Assembly: GCA_020053155.1 (NCBI GenBank)
Contig: JAGVNS010000158.1
Coordinates: 1-35,212, forward strand
From: Nitrososphaerota archaeon
Lineage (GTDB): Archaea; Iainarchaeota; Iainarchaeia; Iainarchaeales; VGJJ01
Length of the DNA: 35,212 nt
Direction: 5' to 3'
The notes under the pieces are model-generated. The model made no database searches and was not told the origin of the DNA. It saw nothing but the letters and a program-made list of their open reading frames with translations. Both the position numbers and the translations under genes were made by a program. Positions 31,154 through 35,212 of the stretch are shown here, in pieces. The first letter of the stretch is position 1. Each line of letters opens with the position of its first letter.

Positions 31154-32305
31154 ATGACCGGGAACGTAACCATTGTGGGGGCAGGGTGTGCCGGACTTCG
31201 ATTGGCTCGCCGACTGGCCGAAAAAAGCGTCCAAGTGACGGTTTATGAGGACCACCCCCAAATTGGGATTCCCGAGCATTGTTCAGGCCTCATTTCCGCA
31301 CGCAACACCAAAGAATTGGGGTTTGATTTGAGGGAAAGTTTTACGAATGACATTTATGGGGCTAAACTATTTTCCCCCAACAATACCCAGTTGCGCATCG
31401 AAAGCAAAAAGCCCGTTGCGCACGTGATGGACCGAAGCACGTTCGACCAAACGCTTTACACAGAAGCCATTCACGCGGGGGCAAATGTTGAGTTAAGTAC
31501 CAGTGTAATTAATGTCAAAGGAAATACCCTCTTTACCCAATCGAAAGGAAAAGGGGGAATGAAGAAATCCGACATCATTGTGGCAGCAGACGGGGTCAAC
31601 TCTCACATTCGAAAAATGGTGGGAGTCGAAAGCAAGCCCGGGGATTTCATTCATTCGTACCAAGTAAAGGCAGCGGGGCATTTCGAACCCCATTTTGTTG
31701 AACTCTATTTCAGTGAAAAATTCGCCCCCCACTTTTTCGCGTGGGTGATTCCCGAAAACGAGGAGAGCGCCAAAGTGGGAATAGGGTGTAAAGTGGGAGT
31801 GAATCCCGCACACGCGTTTAACGCGTTTCTAAAAGAAAAACAGATTGACATTCACGTTAAAACAAGTAACTCCTTTCTCATTCCGTGCTCTCCTCCTATT
31901 CGGAAACTGTATTTTGACCCTATACTCCTGCTTGGGGATTCGGCCTACCAAAACAAAGCGACGAGTGGAGGGGGAATCATAATGAATTGCAAAGCAGCCG
32001 ACATTTTAGGAGAGGTCATTACAGAACATATTCACAACGAAGCCCCTTTGGATGCGTATGAGAAAAAAATGGAGCCCATTTTTAGAGAACTGGAACTGCA
32101 TTACAAAATTCACCAATACCAAAGCCGGCTGGGCGATGAAGACATAAATCGATTTTTTCTCAAACTAAAGGATGCAGGCATTGAGCAGTTTCTTTCGAAT
32201 GAGGGGGATATGGATGAACCCTCTCGATTTGTGGGAAAACTCATCTCCAACCCCCGCATGATTTCACTCCTCCCTGAAGCGGTGAAGTTTTGGTTCACCA
32301 AATAG
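31154..32305 (+). CDS. Geranylgeranyl reductase family FAD-dependent oxidoreductase
   Basis: 'VTIVGAGCAGLRLARRLA...VTVYE' (the GxGxxG motif), 'EHCSGLIS', 'IVAADGVNSHIRK' and 'LLLGDSAYQNKATSGGGI'. Confidence 0.85.
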   Translation: MTGNVTIVGAGCAGLRLARRLAEKSVQVTVYEDHPQIGIPEHCSGLISARNTKELGFDLRESFTNDIYGAKLFSPNNTQLRIESKKPVAHVMDRSTFDQTLYTEAIHAGANVELSTSVINVKGNTLFTQSKGKGGMKKSDIIVAADGVNSHIRKMVGVESKPGDFIHSYQVKAAGHFEPHFVELYFSEKFAPHFFAWVIPENEESAKVGIGCKVGVNPAHAFNAFLKEKQIDIHVKTSNSFLIPCSPPIRKLYFDPILLLGDSAYQNKATSGGGIIMNCKAADILGEVITEHIHNEAPLDAYEKKMEPIFRELELHYKIHQYQSRLGDEDINRFFLKLKDAGIEQFLSNEGDMDEPSRFVGKLISNPRMISLLPEAVKFWFTK

Positions 32306-32330
32306 CCGTTTTCGTCCGGCTACACCGATA

Positions 32331-32361
32331 CTCGGGGGGTTATCCTTCGGAAACCCCCGGG
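32331..32361 (+). other. GC-rich stem-loop downstream of the reductase gene
   Basis: CTCGGGGG (32331..32338) pairs with CCCCCGGG (54..61, one G-U pair). An inner 3-bp stem TCC/GGA sits around a UUC loop. The structure starts 26 nt after the stop at 32305. Confidence 0.3.
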
Positions 32362-32373
32362 CCAATATTTTGA

Positions 32374-32404
32374 GCACATTCTTGGACGCCTCATTCTTTT
32401 TCAT
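32374..32404 (+). repeat. 31-nt imperfect direct repeat, copy A (GCACATTCTTGGACGCCTCATTCTTTTTCAT)
   Basis: It matches copy B at 33758..33788 in 26 of 31 positions. The first 14 nt and the last 8 nt are identical. Confidence 0.7.
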
Positions 32405-32460
32405 TCCATTTGAATAAAATGGGAGTTTATAGACATTTATGCAGCAGCATAGCCCTTTGG

Positions 32461-33750
32461 ATGGTTCGTGCTAATGGATTCAGTGCCTTTGCTCTTCCAC
32501 TAACAATAATGCTTATAAGGATAATGGCTATTATCCCTACTATGATTATTCCTAGGCCGATGGATGTAAAAAAAATAGTTGATTCCAAAAAATGGGTGTT
32601 AGTGTATGGAAGGCGAAAAACAGGAAAAACTTTTTTAGTACAGCATTTTGTTCGGTTTGACGAATATTTTTTCGTCAAAAATAGCGGGAGCATCCTGACT
32701 AAAAAAAGCGACTCAATTACTTATGAAACATTTATGGAAATTTTTAGAAGAACCATTGAAGAAAATAAAATCGTGGTGGTGGATGAGTTTCATCGCTTAG
32801 GGAACGATTTTTTTGATTACCTACATTTCATGAAAAAAAATGGCAAGGTAATCCTCATCTCATCGACTCTTTTTCTTTCTAAAAAACTCATTTCCGAAAA
32901 GTCGGCGTTGCTCGGTTTATTTGCCGAGGTTCCAATTGGAATCATCAATTTAGGCGATGTTTTAAACGCACTAAAAAAAAGTGATAGCTCCCTAAAAGAA
33001 CAATTAGAGCTGGCGGTATTGCTGCGTGAACCTATTGCTATCGATTATTTTGATCCAATGATGCATGTTCGAAAGACGATGGCTAAAATAATATTGGGTT
33101 CATCCAAGACCATTCCAGCGCTAATTGGAGAAATTTTTGTAGAAGAAGAAAGGGAAATCTCTGGGGTGTATGAGGGAATTCTTCGAGCCATTGCCTCTGG
33201 AAAAGTGGGCTCGGGGGAAATAACTTCTTATCTTTTCTCCAAAAAGTTAATCAAAAAAGAAGACTCGAGCATGATTCAGCAATATTTGAATAATCTTACA
33301 TCCTTTGGCATCATTCGTAAAATAGGTGTTTTTGACAAGAGGCGATTCATTTACAAGTTGACGTCTCCTCTGGCGCGAATATACTATTATGCGGATGAAA
33401 AATACAATTTATCGGAACGAATTGTTTCGGAAAAAGAGATGGCAACTATTATTGATGAGCTGATGCCAAAAATCGTGGAAGATGCCGTGAGGGAATTCCT
33501 GTCGGAAAAGAACGGTCTTATTGAGAACGTAATTGATGCCGCTGATTTTGAAGTGGATGGGGTGCTCCTCAAATTCAAGAAGCCGGAAATAGCATTAGAG
33601 GTAAAATGGAAAAAACTCGGAGAAAAAGAAATACGCCAAATCGAAGAAAAACTAAACCAAATTCAAGTCAAGGAAAAAATACTATTTGTGCCGGATAAAA
33701 CAGGGATTAAGTCCACGCTTACAGTAATGGATGTGAGGGACCTGCACTAA
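32461..33750 (+). CDS. Archaeal ATPase family protein (P-loop ATPase + wHTH + DUF234/PD-(D/E)xK-like C-terminal domain)
   Basis: Walker A 'VYGRRKTGKT', Walker B 'IVVVDEFHRL', a wHTH-like 'GILRAIASGKVGSGEITSYL', and a C-terminal 'FEVDGVLL...IALEVKWKK' (D...ExK). The start is uncertain: TTG 32410, ATG 32419, ATG 32461 (about 31 nt after the TATA-like 'TTTATAGA') or ATG 32560. The frame is stop-free from 32410, which favours an early start and adds a hydrophobic N-terminal segment. Confidence 0.8.
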   Translation: MVRANGFSAFALPLTIMLIRIMAIIPTMIIPRPMDVKKIVDSKKWVLVYGRRKTGKTFLVQHFVRFDEYFFVKNSGSILTKKSDSITYETFMEIFRRTIEENKIVVVDEFHRLGNDFFDYLHFMKKNGKVILISSTLFLSKKLISEKSALLGLFAEVPIGIINLGDVLNALKKSDSSLKEQLELAVLLREPIAIDYFDPMMHVRKTMAKIILGSSKTIPALIGEIFVEEEREISGVYEGILRAIASGKVGSGEITSYLFSKKLIKKEDSSMIQQYLNNLTSFGIIRKIGVFDKRRFIYKLTSPLARIYYYADEKYNLSERIVSEKEMATIIDELMPKIVEDAVREFLSEKNGLIENVIDAADFEVDGVLLKFKKPEIALEVKWKKLGEKEIRQIEEKLNQIQVKEKILFVPDKTGIKSTLTVMDVRDLH

Positions 33751-33757
33751 TTTGAAC

Positions 33758-33788
33758 GCACATTCTTGGACACTTTTTCCTTTTTCAT
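33758..33788 (+). repeat. 31-nt imperfect direct repeat, copy B (GCACATTCTTGGACACTTTTTCCTTTTTCAT)
   Basis: See copy A. It lies between the ATPase stop (33750) and the aldehyde dehydrogenase stop (33800). Confidence 0.7.
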
Positions 33789-33799
33789 AAAAAAAATCT

Positions 33800-35212
33800 C
33801 TACGGTTTCCCAATAACGGTATAATGCCAGGGTTTTCTTATTTTTCCTGTTAAATCCACATATATGTGTTTGAGCTGGGTGTATTCTTCCAGTGCGTGTA
33901 TGCTCAAATCGTGCCCGAAGCCGGTTTGTTTGAATCCCCCATGGGGCATTTCTGAAACGAGGGGTCCGTGTTCATTTATCCACACTTCTCCAAAGTGCAG
34001 TTGGTTTGCGATTCGAAGGGCTTTCCGTCCGTCTTTTGTCCAAATGGAGGAAGCAAGGCCATATTTCACGTCGTTGGCTTTTTGAATGACCTCTTTTTGG
34101 GATGAAAATTTTAATACGCAGAAAACGGGACCAAAAATTTCCTTCTGGCACACATCGGCGTGCTGTTTTACGTTTGTGAGGATGGTAATGGGAACAAACC
34201 ACCCGCTTTTGGGGACTGTACTTTGGTACGCTATCCTAGCGCCTTGTTTGGGTGCATTGCGAATAAACCCCATGACTCGTTCATATTGTTCCTTACTCAC
34301 TACCGGACCCAAATCCGTATTTTTATCGAGTGGGTTTCCCATGCGCACGGTTTTGCAGCGTTCCATTAGGGCCCTTACAAATTTATCGTGAATTTTTTCA
34401 TGCACATACAACCGCGTCGCGGCCGTACAATCTTGCCCGCTATTAATGAGTCCTCCAATTAGCGCTCCCTGCGCGGACTCTTCCACATTCGCATCTTCCA
34501 ACACAATGAATGGGGCTTTTCCCCCTAACTCAAAATGGGTTTTCTTCACGTTTACGGATGCGAGTTGTTGGATTCTTTTTCCGGTTTCGGTATTTCCCGT
34601 GAGGGCAATCATGTCTACATCCTCGCTTTTGGCAAGGGTCTCTCCCACTTCTTTTCCACTTCCAGTTACTACATTCAACACTCCTTTTGGGAATCCTATT
34701 TTCTCCGAGGCAGCGGCCATTTCAAGCGTGGTGATTGGTGTCACACTCGCGGGTTTGAGAATGAGCACGTTTCCTGCTGCCAATGCTGGGCCCATTTTCC
34801 AACATGCCATAGAGAAGGGATAATTCCAGGGAGTAATCGCCGCAACAACCCCAATGGGCTCGCGTTTCAAAATGGAAAATCCCGCGGGGATGTGTTCTCC
34901 TTTCTCATCAAACGCTGCATAATTTCCCGCCGTTTGACTTTGCATGGTGCGCGCGGCGCCCGCAAAAAAATGAATGTTGTCAATTCCAAATGGGATGTCC
35001 CCATCGTGGGCCATTTTCCAGCTCTTTCCCTGATTCATACATTCGAGTTTGGACAATTCTTCACTTTTTTTTTGTAATTCATCGGCGAGCTTGAATAGCC
35101 ACCCTGCGCGTTCTCCGGGTGTCATGCGGGGCCACGCTTTGGAGTCAAACGCTTTTCGAGCCGCTTCAGGGCAGGCGGCTCCAAAAACTTGGAGTCCTCG
35201 AATGTCTTCTTC
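33800..35212 (-). CDS. NAD(P)+-dependent aldehyde dehydrogenase (5' end outside the window)
   Basis: 'FELGGKAPFIV' (catalytic Glu), 'NSGQDCTAATR' (catalytic Cys), 'WNYPF' and 'PHGGFKQTGFG'. The frame stays open upstream of the track's ATG at 35125 to the window edge (...EEDIRGLQVFGAACPEAARKAFDSKAWPRMTPGERA...), so the real start lies beyond 35212. Confidence 0.9.
   Translation of the reverse strand, partial: EEDIRGLQVFGAACPEAARKAFDSKAWPRMTPGERAGWLFKLADELQKKSEELSKLECMNQGKSWKMAHDGDIPFGIDNIHFFAGAARTMQSQTAGNYAAFDEKGEHIPAGFSILKREPIGVVAAITPWNYPFSMACWKMGPALAAGNVLILKPASVTPITTLEMAAASEKIGFPKGVLNVVTGSGKEVGETLAKSEDVDMIALTGNTETGKRIQQLASVNVKKTHFELGGKAPFIVLEDANVEESAQGALIGGLINSGQDCTAATRLYVHEKIHDKFVRALMERCKTVRMGNPLDKNTDLGPVVSKEQYERVMGFIRNAPKQGARIAYQSTVPKSGWFVPITILTNVKQHADVCQKEIFGPVFCVLKFSSQKEVIQKANDVKYGLASSIWTKDGRKALRIANQLHFGEVWINEHGPLVSEMPHGGFKQTGFGHDLSIHALEEYTQLKHIYVDLTGKIRKPWHYTVIGKP

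Noticed and set aside
30895-31248. A 117-aa plus-strand ORF spans the gap before the reductase gene.
   Set aside because: Its composition is low-complexity and rich in Lys, Arg, Pro and Gly. It overlaps the well-supported reductase start and its TATA box, so it is most likely a chance ORF.
1-35212. A search by eye for rRNA, tRNA, CRISPR repeats, IS elements, integrases, toxin-antitoxin pairs and prophage genes.
   Set aside because: No evenly spaced repeats were seen, no intergenic region is long or GC-structured enough for a tRNA or rRNA, and no transposase-, integrase- or phage-like translations appear in the ORF track.

Overview
This is a compact window with about 31 protein genes, more than 90% coding, and no rRNA, tRNA, CRISPR array, transposase or integrase that I can see. 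The source is almost certainly an archaeon. Six operon-leading genes have an A/T-rich TATA-like box centred 26-28 nt upstream of their ATG, which implies leaderless mRNAs. The window also carries a geranylgeranyl-reductase family gene, a DUF234-type 'archaeal ATPase' and Lrp/AsnC regulators. The small, tightly coupled gene layout would fit a DPANN-like or other small-genome lineage, but that is a guess.

Positions 1 to about 23.7 kb form one large surface-glycan or lipid-linked glycosylation island. It contains four GT4 glycosyltransferases (one split into two ORFs), three GT2 polyprenyl-phosphate-sugar-synthase-like enzymes and three large polytopic GT-C-like membrane proteins. It also holds a flippase-like (LPG_synthase_TM-type) protein, two class I SAM methyltransferases, RmlA/RmlB plus a DegT-type aminotransferase and an SDR, and an orphan 581-aa protein. 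Most unusually, it carries three paralogous cobalamin-domain radical SAM enzymes.

From 23.7 to 26.3 kb there is a visibly more AT-rich insert. It holds a divergently transcribed tandem (double) Lrp/AsnC regulator and an atypical radical SAM enzyme, with repeated operator-like sites between them.

The rest of the window encodes a second flippase-like protein, HtpX, and a roughly 800-aa Thr/Ser-rich, FN3-containing, C-terminally anchored surface protein that is a likely substrate of the island. It continues with a tiny membrane ORF, a geranylgeranyl reductase, a very AT-rich ATPase-wHTH-nuclease-like gene bracketed by a 31-nt imperfect direct repeat, and a 5'-truncated aldehyde dehydrogenase. 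All functional calls come from motif reading of the translations. No database search was possible.
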